Assembly (NCBI GenBank): GCA_963827615.1
Contig: CAWHCA010000003.1
Location: 13,367 to 77,366, forward strand
Length of the DNA stretch: 64,000 bases
Direction: 5' to 3'
Source: an uncultured Gammaproteobacteria bacterium
Lineage (GTDB): Bacteria > Pseudomonadota > Gammaproteobacteria > Steroidobacterales > Steroidobacteraceae
Shown here: piece after piece, positions 45,884 to 53,777 of the stretch
How the letters are laid out: every line of letters begins with the position of its first letter
Position numbering within the stretch: position 1 is the first letter of the stretch
Translations under genes and position numbers: made by a program
Notes under the pieces: generated by a model
What the model saw: the letters and a program-made list of their open reading frames with translations, nothing else
What the model was told of the DNA's origin: nothing
Databases searched by the model: none

Positions 45884-45959
45884 TGGCGCTCCCAGAGGGA
45901 TTCGAACCCTCGTACCAGCCTTGAGAGGGCTGTGTCCTGGGCCTCTAGACGATGGGAGC
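45884..45959 (-). tRNA. tRNA-Glu (anticodon CUC), 76 nt with encoded CCA
   Basis: Folded by hand. The acceptor stem is GCTCCCA/TGGGAGC and the D-arm is GTCTAGAGGCCCAGGAC, identical to the E. coli tRNA-Glu D-arm. The anticodon stem is CAGCC/GGCTG with loop CTCTCAA (anticodon CTC). The T-arm is GAGGG-TTCGAAT-CCCTC, with discriminator G and CCA. Confidence 0.9.
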
Positions 45960-46050
45960 GTGTGGCGGACCGGTTTGGACTAACCGGGTCCTGAGGAAGC
46001 CGCGTATTATACCCGGCTGTTTTCCACGGTCCAGCAGAAGCTCCCTGCCC

Positions 46051-47721
46051 TTGTTTTCGTTCACTAAACTCTTCCGGTCGCGCGATGCCAAGGCCGCAGC
46101 GGCTGCCGAGGCCCCCGCGGGTCCACCCCAACCGACGATCTACGCGCGCGCGGACCACCCGGTGTCGCGCTCGAACATCTCGCCGGCCGCGCTCAAGGTG
46201 CTCTATCGCCTCAAGGACTCCGGCTACCAGGGTTTCCTGGTGGGCGGTGCCGTGCGCGACCTGCTGCTCAACGTGCAGCCGAAAGACTTCGACATCGCGA
46301 CCGATGCGCATCCGGAGGACGTGCGCCGGACCTTCCGCAACTGCCGCCTGATCGGACGGCGCTTTCACCTCGCGCACGTGCGTTTCGGCCAAGAGATCAT
46401 CGAGGTCGCGACGTTTCGCGCCGCGCACACCGAGATCGACGAAGACCACGGCGTCGACGAAGTGGAGCACCGCGCGATCGACGAGCACGGCCGCATCCTG
46501 CGCGACAACCTCTACGGCACGATCGAAGAGGACGTGTGGCGCCGCGACTTCACGGCCAACGCGCTCTACTACAACATCGAGGACTACTCGATCTGGGATT
46601 ACGTGGGCGGCGTCGAAGACGCGCGCAACCGCGTCCTGCGCCTGATCGGCGATCCGGCGACGCGTTATCGCGAAGACCCGGTGCGCATGCTCCGCGCAGC
46701 GCGGTTTGCCGCGAAGCTCAATTTCACGCTGCACCCGGGCACGGAAGCGCCGATCGGCGAACTCGCCTACATGCTCGACCGCATGCCGGCAGCGCGCCTG
46801 TTCGACGAAACGCTGAAGTTGATGCTTTCGGGTCATGCCGAAGCCTCGCTCGAATGGCTGATCCGGCTCGAGTTGCTGCCGCACCTGATGCCGGACGTCG
46901 CCGCTGCGCTCGAAGCCGCACCGGAGTCCGCCGGTGCCCGCCTGGTGCAACTCGGCCTCGAAGACACGGACGATCGCGTCCACGACGACAAATCGGTGAC
47001 GCCGACGTTCCTGTTCGCCGTGCTGCTGTGGCCCGCCATCCTGCGCGCGCTGGGCACGCCGGACGGACCGCTGCCGGACGATCCGCAGCGACTGCTCGAC
47101 GCCAGCGACAAAGTCATCGGGCGCCAGTTGCAGCGCATCGCGTTGCCGAAGCGTTTCTCGCTGCCGATGCGCGAACTGATCATGCTGCAGACGCGGTTCG
47201 AGCGACGCTCGGGCCGCCGTGCGCTGCGCCTGCTCGAGCATCCGCGGTTCCGCGCGGCATACGATTTCCTGCTGCTGCGCGCCGAGTCCGGCGAAGCCGA
47301 TCCGGAACTGGCGCAGTGGTGGACCGACCTGCAGGAAGCCTCGGACGAGGATCGTCTCGCGATGGTCGAGAACCGTCCGGTGTCGGAGCAGGGAGCGAGG
47401 CCACCAAGAGTGCAGCCTCGCGCCGGCGTCGTCGTCCGCGGCGGCGTCGCAAGCCGTCCGGTCCGGCACCGACGCCGTGACGGCAAGTCATGCGCCTCCA
47501 CCCCCCGCGTCCGCAAAGCCGCGCTGGGTGCCGGCGTACGTCGCGCTCGGCAGCAATCTCGCGCAACCCCTGCGCCAGGTCGAACGCGCGCTCGAAGCAC
47601 TGGACGCATTGCCCGGAACGCGGCTCATGCTGCGTTCTTCAGCCTATCGCTCGCGTCCCATGGGACCGGTCGAACAACCCGATTTCGTCAATGCCGCGGC
47701 TGCGCTGCTGACGCAACTTGA
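46051..47721 (+). CDS. pcnB: Poly(A) polymerase I; C-terminal tail probably misread after ~47392 (the true stop is likely 47478-47480 in the +1 frame)
   Basis: Core motifs are FLVGGAVRDLLL, KDFDIATDA and RLIGRRFHLAHV. I propose a TTG start at 46051, because the ORF-track ATG at 45952 overlaps the tRNA. The adjacent frame encodes the expected Arg-rich tail ...SRRRRRPRRRRKPSGPAPTP-stop. Confidence 0.88.
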   Translation: MFSFTKLFRSRDAKAAAAAEAPAGPPQPTIYARADHPVSRSNISPAALKVLYRLKDSGYQGFLVGGAVRDLLLNVQPKDFDIATDAHPEDVRRTFRNCRLIGRRFHLAHVRFGQEIIEVATFRAAHTEIDEDHGVDEVEHRAIDEHGRILRDNLYGTIEEDVWRRDFTANALYYNIEDYSIWDYVGGVEDARNRVLRLIGDPATRYREDPVRMLRAARFAAKLNFTLHPGTEAPIGELAYMLDRMPAARLFDETLKLMLSGHAEASLEWLIRLELLPHLMPDVAAALEAAPESAGARLVQLGLEDTDDRVHDDKSVTPTFLFAVLLWPAILRALGTPDGPLPDDPQRLLDASDKVIGRQLQRIALPKRFSLPMRELIMLQTRFERRSGRRALRLLEHPRFRAAYDFLLLRAESGEADPELAQWWTDLQEASDEDRLAMVENRPVSEQGARPPRVQPRAGVVVRGGVASRPVRHRRRDGKSCASTPRVRKAALGAGVRRARQQSRATPAPGRTRARSTGRIARNAAHAAFFSLSLASHGTGRTTRFRQCRGCAADAT

Positions 47722-48016
47722 ACCAGTGACGCTGCTGCGCGAGTTGCAAGCGCTCGAAGCCCGGCTCGGGCGCGAAGTCCCGGTCGTGCGCTGGGGGCCG
47801 CGCCTGATCGACCTCGACCTGCTCGTGCATGGTCAAACTCGCTGCAACGATGCCGAACTGACCTTGCCGCATCCCGGTATCGCCGAACGCGACTTCGTAC
47901 TCGTGCCCCTGGCCGAGATCAGCCCATCCCTCGACGTGCCTGGCGTTGGTAGAGTGGACGCATTGCTGCAACGCCTCGCCCCGCCTGCCCTGGAACGCAT
48001 TCCCGGATCGGATTGA
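47528..48016 (+). CDS. folK: 2-amino-4-hydroxy-6-hydroxymethyldihydropteridine diphosphokinase (HPPK)
   Basis: The GTG at 47528 gives (M)PAYVALGSNLAQPL..., matching the usual distance of GSN from the N-terminus. Also present are DQPDFVNAA, RWGPRLIDLDLL and LTLPHP. An alternative GTG at 47477 would overlap the corrected pcnB stop (GTGA). Confidence 0.88.
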   Translation: MPAYVALGSNLAQPLRQVERALEALDALPGTRLMLRSSAYRSRPMGPVEQPDFVNAAAALLTQLEPVTLLRELQALEARLGREVPVVRWGPRLIDLDLLVHGQTRCNDAELTLPHPGIAERDFVLVPLAEISPSLDVPGVGRVDALLQRLAPPALERIPGSD

Positions 48017-48019
48017 CGC

Positions 48020-48715
48020 ATGACTTTCGACCGCACTCCCGGCGACGACGAGGTTGCCGAGCCTGCCGTGCCGACGCCGCACCGCTACGTCGTGATCGAA
48101 GGCCCGATCGGCGTCGGCAAGACCAGCCTCGTGCGCCGCCTCGGCCGCAGTTTTGGCAGCGAACTGGTGCTGGAGCAGGATTCGGAGAACCCGTTCCTCG
48201 AGCGCTTTTACCGCAACCCGCGCGCCGCCGCGTTCCAGACGCAGCTGTACTTCCTGTTCCAGCGCTCGCGGCAGTTGCAGGATTTGCGCCAGTCCGACCT
48301 GTTCGAAAACGTACGTGTCGCCGACTACATGCTCGAGAAAGACCGGCTGTTCGCGCGGCTCACGCTCGACGACGAGGAATTCGCGCTGTACGAGCAGGTC
48401 TACGAGCGGCTCTCGATCGACGCGCCGTCGCCCGACCTCATCGTCTACCTGCAGGCCCCGGTCGACGTCCTGCTCGAGCGCATCGCGCGTCGCGGCATCG
48501 AATACGAACAGCAGATCGAGCGCCGCTACCTCGAGCGACTGACCGAAGGCTACGCGCGGTTCTTCCTCGAGTACGACGCGGCCCCGGTGCTGATCGTGAA
48601 CGCCGCGGAGATCGATCCGATTGGCAACGAGGCGGACTACCAGGCCCTGCTGGCCGAAATCGTCCGGCCCCGCAAGGGACGCCATTACTTCAACCCGCTC
48701 AAGAACTTGCTGTAG
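48020..48715 (+). CDS. Deoxynucleoside kinase family protein
   Basis: P-loop IEGPIGVGKTS, plus ENPFLERFY and FQTQLYFLFQR motifs. Confidence 0.85.
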   Translation: MTFDRTPGDDEVAEPAVPTPHRYVVIEGPIGVGKTSLVRRLGRSFGSELVLEQDSENPFLERFYRNPRAAAFQTQLYFLFQRSRQLQDLRQSDLFENVRVADYMLEKDRLFARLTLDDEEFALYEQVYERLSIDAPSPDLIVYLQAPVDVLLERIARRGIEYEQQIERRYLERLTEGYARFFLEYDAAPVLIVNAAEIDPIGNEADYQALLAEIVRPRKGRHYFNPLKNLL

Positions 48716-48787
48716 ATCCCGGCATCATCCGGCGTTGATGTTTCGGGGCCGCTCCGTCATTCTTGCGGCCTCGCACGAGGCGGCCCT

Positions 48788-49615
48788 ATGTACACCCAAT
48801 TGCAACTGCGGGATTCGGCGCGTCCGCCCGTCACCGTGGCCTCGCTGGGCCGCATGAAGGAGCAGGGCGAGAAGATCTCCTGCATCACCTGTTACGACGC
48901 CAGCTACGCGGCCCTCGTCGATGCGGCCGATCTCGACGTCGTGCTCGTCGGTGATTCGCTCGGCATGGTGATCCAGGGTTACGACACGACCGTGCCGGTG
49001 ACGTTGAACGACGTCATCTATCACTGCCGCTCGGTCGCGAAGGGACTGGTCCGGCCGTTCCTGATGGCGGACATGCCGTTCATGACCTACACGTCGAAGG
49101 ACGAAGCGCTGAAGAACGCCGTGCGACTGATGCAGGAAGGCGGCGCCAAGATGGTGAAGCTCGAGGGCGGCGCCGGCCAGGCGGAGATCGTCGAATTCCT
49201 CGCGAGTCACGACATCGCGGTCTGCGCGCACCTCGGCCTGCGGCCGCAGTCCGTGCACAAGACGGGCGGGTTCCGCGTGCAGGGGCGCGAGGAGGCGGCG
49301 GCAGAGCAGATGCGCCGCGATGCCAGGTTGCTGCAGGATTCCGGCGCGGATGTCGTGCTGCTCGAGTGCATCCCGTCGCACCTCGGCAAGGAGATCACGG
49401 CGGAGTTGCACGTGCCGGTCATTGGCATCGGCGCGGGTCCTGACACAGACGGCCAGATCCTCGTGCTCTACGACGTGCTCGACATCACGCCGGGACGCAA
49501 GCCCAGGTTCGTGCAGAACTTTCAGCAGGGCCGTGACAGCCCGCTGGCCGCGATCCGGGCTTACGGCGAGGCCGTGAAAAGCCGCGCATACCCCGCGCCC
49601 GAGCATTGTTTCTGA
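48788..49615 (+). CDS. panB: 3-methyl-2-oxobutanoate hydroxymethyltransferase
   Basis: 275 aa: ITCYDASYAALVDAADLDVVLVGDSLGMV..., GGAKMVKLEGG. Confidence 0.95.
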   Translation: MYTQLQLRDSARPPVTVASLGRMKEQGEKISCITCYDASYAALVDAADLDVVLVGDSLGMVIQGYDTTVPVTLNDVIYHCRSVAKGLVRPFLMADMPFMTYTSKDEALKNAVRLMQEGGAKMVKLEGGAGQAEIVEFLASHDIAVCAHLGLRPQSVHKTGGFRVQGREEAAAEQMRRDARLLQDSGADVVLLECIPSHLGKEITAELHVPVIGIGAGPDTDGQILVLYDVLDITPGRKPRFVQNFQQGRDSPLAAIRAYGEAVKSRAYPAPEHCF

Positions 49616-49653
49616 GCACGTCAGCACCAACGCCACCAGGGACTGCCCGACCG

Positions 49654-50514
49654 ATGCAAACGATCACGCGGATCGCGGAACTCCGCGAAACCGTCACGCG
49701 CTGGCGGCTCGCCCGCGAGAGCATCGCGTTCGTGCCCACCATGGGCAACCTGCACATGGGGCATGCGAGCCTCATGTCGGCTGCGCACCTGCACGGCAGG
49801 CGCGTCATCTCCAGCATCTTCGTCAACCCGATGCAGTTCGGACCGTCCGACGATTTCAGTGCGTATCCGCGCACCCCGGACGACGATTCCAACCTGCTGG
49901 GCGAATACGGCGTCGATGCGCTCTTTCATCCGACCGTCGAGGAAATGTACCCCTCGGGCAGCGTCGGCAGCACCGTCGTCGACGTACCCGGCCTCACGGA
50001 CATTCTCTGCGGCGTGTTCCGCCCCGGGCATTTCCAGGGGGTCGCGACCGTGGTCGTCAAGCTGCTGTGCCTGGTACAGCCGGACGTTGCGATCTTCGGC
50101 GAAAAGGACTTCCAGCAGCTCACGGTGATCCGACGCGTCGTCGACGACCTGAACCTGCCGGTAAAGATCGTCGGCGCGCCCACGGTGCGCGCGGATGACG
50201 GACTCGCGCTCAGTTCGCGCAATCGCTACCTGTCCGAATCCGAGCGGGCGGCAGCGCCTGCACTGTATCGCGCGCTCGACAAGGCGCGGCGTCGGCTCGA
50301 AGCGGGCGACATGGATTACGCAGGCATGCAGGCCGAAGGGCTCGGCGAGCTCGCGCATGCGGGCTTCCGCCCAGAGTATTTCGAAGTACGCACTGCGGAT
50401 CGTCTTGCGATCCCGACGGCAAACGACGTAAACATCGTCGTGCTCGCGGCGGGCCGGATCGGCAGGGCGAGGCTGATCGACAACCTCCAGTGCACCGCTC
50501 CAAGAAGGGGATAG
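49654..50514 (+). CDS. panC: Pantoate-beta-alanine ligase
   Basis: ATG at 49654, with FVPTMGNLHMGHASLM (HIGH-like) and FGEKDFQQ motifs. The stop codon lies inside the GGGGATA repeat. Confidence 0.95.
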   Translation: MQTITRIAELRETVTRWRLARESIAFVPTMGNLHMGHASLMSAAHLHGRRVISSIFVNPMQFGPSDDFSAYPRTPDDDSNLLGEYGVDALFHPTVEEMYPSGSVGSTVVDVPGLTDILCGVFRPGHFQGVATVVVKLLCLVQPDVAIFGEKDFQQLTVIRRVVDDLNLPVKIVGAPTVRADDGLALSSRNRYLSESERAAAPALYRALDKARRRLEAGDMDYAGMQAEGLGELAHAGFRPEYFEVRTADRLAIPTANDVNIVVLAAGRIGRARLIDNLQCTAPRRG

Positions 50515-50644
50515 GGGATAGGGGATAGGGGTTAGTCGGAGGTTCGTAGTAAACCGACACTCCATCGCGCCGCGGCAGGCGCTGAACCCATCTTTCCGGC
50601 TTCGACCACCTCCGACTATCCCCCAACCCCTATCCCCTAACCCC
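50507..50644. repeat. Large imperfect hairpin with GGGGATA-repeat arms (G-quadruplex-capable) filling the panC/queG convergent gap
   Basis: The left arm is GGGGATAGGGGATAGGGGATAGGGGTTAGTCGGAGGT (50507-50543). The right arm is ACCTCCGACTATCCCCCAACCCCTATCCCCTAACCCC (50608-50644). 33 of 37 positions are complementary by hand count, and the loop is 64 nt. The plus strand has four GGGG tracts separated by ATA. Confidence 0.85.
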
Positions 50645-51712
50645 TTAGCTGGGCGCGCGGCGTCCAGCGTCCAGTGCCCAGCGGACATGCTCGCGCACCA
50701 ACTCGCTCGGGTCGTCCAAGCGTGATTCGAGTGCAGCGACAACCGCCGGCGTCGCCGGCGCATTGCCGAGCGCCACCGCGACGTTGCGTAACCACCGCTC
50801 GTAACCAATGCGTCGAATTGCGCTGCCTGCGGTCAGCGCGAGAAACTGCTCTTTGCTCCAGCGGAACAAGTCGACCAGGCTTGGCGCGTCGAGTCCGTGT
50901 CGCGTCCGGAAATCGGGCTCGGCCGTGACCTTGGCATAACGGTTCCAGGGGCACACGAGCTGGCAATCGTCGCAGCCATAGATGCGGTTGCCCATCGCAG
51001 TGCGAAACTCCTGCGGAATCGGGCCGTCGTGCTCGATCGTCAGGTACGAGATGCAGCGTCGCGCGTCCAGTTCATAGGGCGCGACGATCGCCCGCGTCGG
51101 ACACACGTCGATGCAGGCCGTGCACGAGCCACAGTGCGAGCTCACCGGCTCGTCGATGGGCAGCGGCAGGTCGGTGTAGATCTCACCGAGGAAGAACCAG
51201 GAGCCATCGTGACGGTCGAGCAGGTTCGTGTGCTTGCCGATCCAGCCGAGCCCGGCGTCACGGGCCAGCGCCTTCTCCAGCACGGGCGCGCTGTCCGTGA
51301 AGGCCCGGAAACCTGCGGTGCCCGCAGCGGCGGCGATGCGCCCAGCCAGTTGCGCGAGACGGTGACGCAGCACTTTGTGGTAGTCGCGACCGAGCGCGTA
51401 GCGGGAAACGTAACCCAACAACGGGTCGTTCAGCACGGTCTCCGGGTCCGTTGCTTCGACCCGGTAATCCATGCGCGCGCTCACGACGCGAATCGTGCCC
51501 GGGATCAGTTCGGCGGGTCGCGTGCGCCGGGTACCGTGCCGTTCCATGTACTGCATCGTGCCGTGACGCCGTTGCGCCAGCCACGCATCCAAGCGCTGCT
51601 CGTCCTCGGCGAGGTCGACACCAGCAATGCCGACCTTCTGGAAGCCGAGTTCACGACCCCATTCCTTGATCAAGAGCGCGAGCGACACAACGGGTTGCAT
51701 TGAGGGCTGCAT
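50645..51712 (-). CDS. queG: Epoxyqueuosine reductase
   Basis: I chose the ATG at 51712 (or 51700). Two 4Fe-4S motifs are present (CGSCTACIDVCP, CDDCQLVCPWN), with a HEAT-like C-terminal region. The upstream part of the 569-aa ORF is antisense to nnr. Confidence 0.9.
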   Translation of the reverse strand: MQPSMQPVVSLALLIKEWGRELGFQKVGIAGVDLAEDEQRLDAWLAQRRHGTMQYMERHGTRRTRPAELIPGTIRVVSARMDYRVEATDPETVLNDPLLGYVSRYALGRDYHKVLRHRLAQLAGRIAAAAGTAGFRAFTDSAPVLEKALARDAGLGWIGKHTNLLDRHDGSWFFLGEIYTDLPLPIDEPVSSHCGSCTACIDVCPTRAIVAPYELDARRCISYLTIEHDGPIPQEFRTAMGNRIYGCDDCQLVCPWNRYAKVTAEPDFRTRHGLDAPSLVDLFRWSKEQFLALTAGSAIRRIGYERWLRNVAVALGNAPATPAVVAALESRLDDPSELVREHVRWALDAGRRAPS

Positions 51713-51757
51713 GGGACGGCACGGACCGGGCGAGAAGGCTGGCAGTATAATCGTCTG

Positions 51758-53236
51758 ATGCACCCGCTCCCCGCCGGTCTCTTCTCTGCCGCCGAAGTGC
51801 GCGAACTCGATCGTCGGGCCATCGAGCGCTGCGACCTTCCCGGCTACGAACTCATGACGCGCGCGGGTCACGCGACCCTCAACGCGCTGCGTCAGCGCTG
51901 GCCGGACGCACGCTCGATCGTCGTGCTGTGCGGGCCGGGCAACAACGGCGGCGACGGTTACGTGGTTGCCCGCATTGCCCGTGCACAGGGGCTCAGGGTG
52001 CACGTCGTTGCCATCGCGAATCCATCCAGCCTGACGGGAGACGCACTTCGCGCACACGACGAATTCGTCGCGGCAGGTGGGCAACTCGAGCCCTGGCAGC
52101 CGCAGGTGGTGCGCGCGGGCGAAGTCATCGTCGACGCGATCTTCGGCACGGGACTCACCCGCGGCGTCACTGGCGCGGCGGCAGACTGCATTCGCGCCAT
52201 CAACGAAGCGAACCGGCCCGTCGTCGCCGTCGACATTCCATCCGGGCTGCAGTCGGACAGCGGCCACGTGCTGGGTTGCGCCGTGCGCGCCGATCTCACC
52301 GTCACGTTCATCGGGCGCAAGGTGGGCTGCTATCTCGGTGCCGGGCCCGACCATGCGGGCAGGATCGTGTTCGACGACCTCGAGGTGCCGCTGAGTGCCT
52401 ACGAAGGGTCGAAACCCACGTTGCGTCTGCTCGACGAGTCAGTCGTGCAGGCTGCGCTGCCCGTGCGCGGACGCACCGCGCACAAGGGGCGTCACGGCCA
52501 CGTACTCGTGATCGGCGGTGCCGCGGGCATGGGTGGCGCAGTGCACCTCGCGGCGACAGCCGCGCTGCGCGCGGGCGCGGGCCTCGTCACCGTGGCGGCG
52601 CATCCGCAGAGCCTCGGAGCGCTCATCTCGCGGCCCGAATTGATGTCGCTCGCCGCTGGCGGTCGCGCCGATATAGAGCGCGGCCTCGGGCGCGCGACCG
52701 TGCTCGCTCTCGGACCCGGCCTCGGCCTGACGCCGTGGGCAATGGAGATTTTCGACTCGGCGCTCGCTGCGCAAAAACCTGTCGTGGTCGATGCCGACGC
52801 GCTCAACCTGCTGGCGCTCAATCCGCGTAAGTGCGAACACTGGGTGCTGACGCCGCATCCTGGCGAGGCCGCGCGCCTGCTGGGCGTCACCACGGACGAC
52901 ATCCAGCGCGATCGTTTGGCGGCCGCTGCCGCCCTGCAGCAGCGTTACGGCGGCGTGATCGTGCTGAAGGGTGCGGGCTCGATCGTGCGGGTGCAGGCGG
53001 GTACGGGCTGGCTCTGCGATCGCGGCAATCCGGGCATGGCCGTTGCCGGCATGGGCGATGTTCTCACGGGTGTGATCGCGGGCATCGCCGCACAGTGCGG
53101 CGACCTCGCGCTTGCCGCGATGGCCGGCGTGTTCGTTCACGCCTGCGCGGGCGATCGCGCGGCTGCGACAGGTGAACGCGGCTTGCTGGCGACCGACGTC
53201 ATCGACCAGGTGCGAAGCTGCGTGAACCCGCGGTGA
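51758..53236 (+). CDS. nnr: Bifunctional NAD(P)H-hydrate epimerase / ADP-dependent dehydratase
   Basis: YjeF_N (GPGNNGGDGYV) plus a C-terminal carbohydrate-kinase-like domain (GHVLVIGG, GNPGMAVAGMGDVLTG). Confidence 0.9.
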   Translation: MHPLPAGLFSAAEVRELDRRAIERCDLPGYELMTRAGHATLNALRQRWPDARSIVVLCGPGNNGGDGYVVARIARAQGLRVHVVAIANPSSLTGDALRAHDEFVAAGGQLEPWQPQVVRAGEVIVDAIFGTGLTRGVTGAAADCIRAINEANRPVVAVDIPSGLQSDSGHVLGCAVRADLTVTFIGRKVGCYLGAGPDHAGRIVFDDLEVPLSAYEGSKPTLRLLDESVVQAALPVRGRTAHKGRHGHVLVIGGAAGMGGAVHLAATAALRAGAGLVTVAAHPQSLGALISRPELMSLAAGGRADIERGLGRATVLALGPGLGLTPWAMEIFDSALAAQKPVVVDADALNLLALNPRKCEHWVLTPHPGEAARLLGVTTDDIQRDRLAAAAALQQRYGGVIVLKGAGSIVRVQAGTGWLCDRGNPGMAVAGMGDVLTGVIAGIAAQCGDLALAAMAGVFVHACAGDRAAATGERGLLATDVIDQVRSCVNPR

Positions 53237-53703
53237 TGACGGAGTACGTCGCCCACGGTCCGGACGAGATGCGGGCGTTCGGCGCCCGTCTGGCGCGGGC
53301 GCTGCTGGCCGCGCCTGCCGAGGAGTCGTTGCTCGTCACGCTCTCCGGCGAACTCGGCGCCGGCAAGACGACGCTGGTGGGCGGGTTGCTGGCAGAGCTG
53401 GGACACGTCGGTGCGGCTCGCAGCCCCACGTACACATTGCTCGAACCGTACCGTTTGCAGGGGCGCGACATCACGCACTGTGACCTGTACCGGCTGCGTC
53501 ATCCGGATGAACTCGATGACCTGGGTCTGCGCGACCTGCGAGTCGCGGGCTCGGTGCTGCTCGTGGAGTGGCCGGAGAAAGCGGAGGGCAGGCTGAACGC
53601 GGCCGATCTTGCGCTGACCTTCGACTACTCTGGCCCGGATGCGCGCAAGCTCGTTGCAGCGGCGCGGTCACCGGCGGGCCAGGCCGTGCTCATGCGGCTA
53701 TGA
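53233..53703 (+). CDS. tsaE: tRNA t6A biosynthesis ATPase TsaE
   Basis: LSGELGAGKTTLVGGL and SPTYTLLEPY...HCDLYRL, with a 4-nt overlap with nnr. Confidence 0.9.
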   Translation: MMTEYVAHGPDEMRAFGARLARALLAAPAEESLLVTLSGELGAGKTTLVGGLLAELGHVGAARSPTYTLLEPYRLQGRDITHCDLYRLRHPDELDDLGLRDLRVAGSVLLVEWPEKAEGRLNAADLALTFDYSGPDARKLVAAARSPAGQAVLMRL

Positions 53704-53777
53704 CGGCACGTGATAAACATCCCGTATCCTTATAATTTTATTGAAATATCTGGCTCCGGCGCGGTAGATTACGCGCC

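Noticed and set aside
45952-46050. ATG at 45952 as the pcnB start
   Set aside because: It lies inside the tRNA-Glu gene on the opposite strand. An in-frame TTG at 46051 is more plausible, though unproven; pcnB is known to use non-canonical starts in E. coli.
45862-47469. 535-aa minus-strand ORF, plus 47639-48685, 49621-50808, 54931-56133, 58267-59568 and 62124-63521 on the minus strand
   Set aside because: All are antisense to strongly motif-supported housekeeping genes (pcnB, folK/dNK, panC, mutL, hflX, purA).
50507-50644. GGGGATA (and GGAAGG at 63439-63665) repeats as a CRISPR array
   Set aside because: The units are 6-7 nt and directly tandem, with no spacers. They are arranged as inverted arms, and no cas genes are in the window.
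51713-52354. N-terminal 214 codons of the 569-aa queG ORF
   Set aside because: This part is antisense to nnr and has no similarity to QueG. The internal ATG at 51712 gives a normal-length QueG.
53710-53736. Perfect TATAAT (53731-53736) as the amiB promoter
   Set aside because: Not listed as a feature. The best -35-like hexamer (GTGATA) is only 15 nt away, so the promoter call is weak. It is mentioned in the amiB evidence only.
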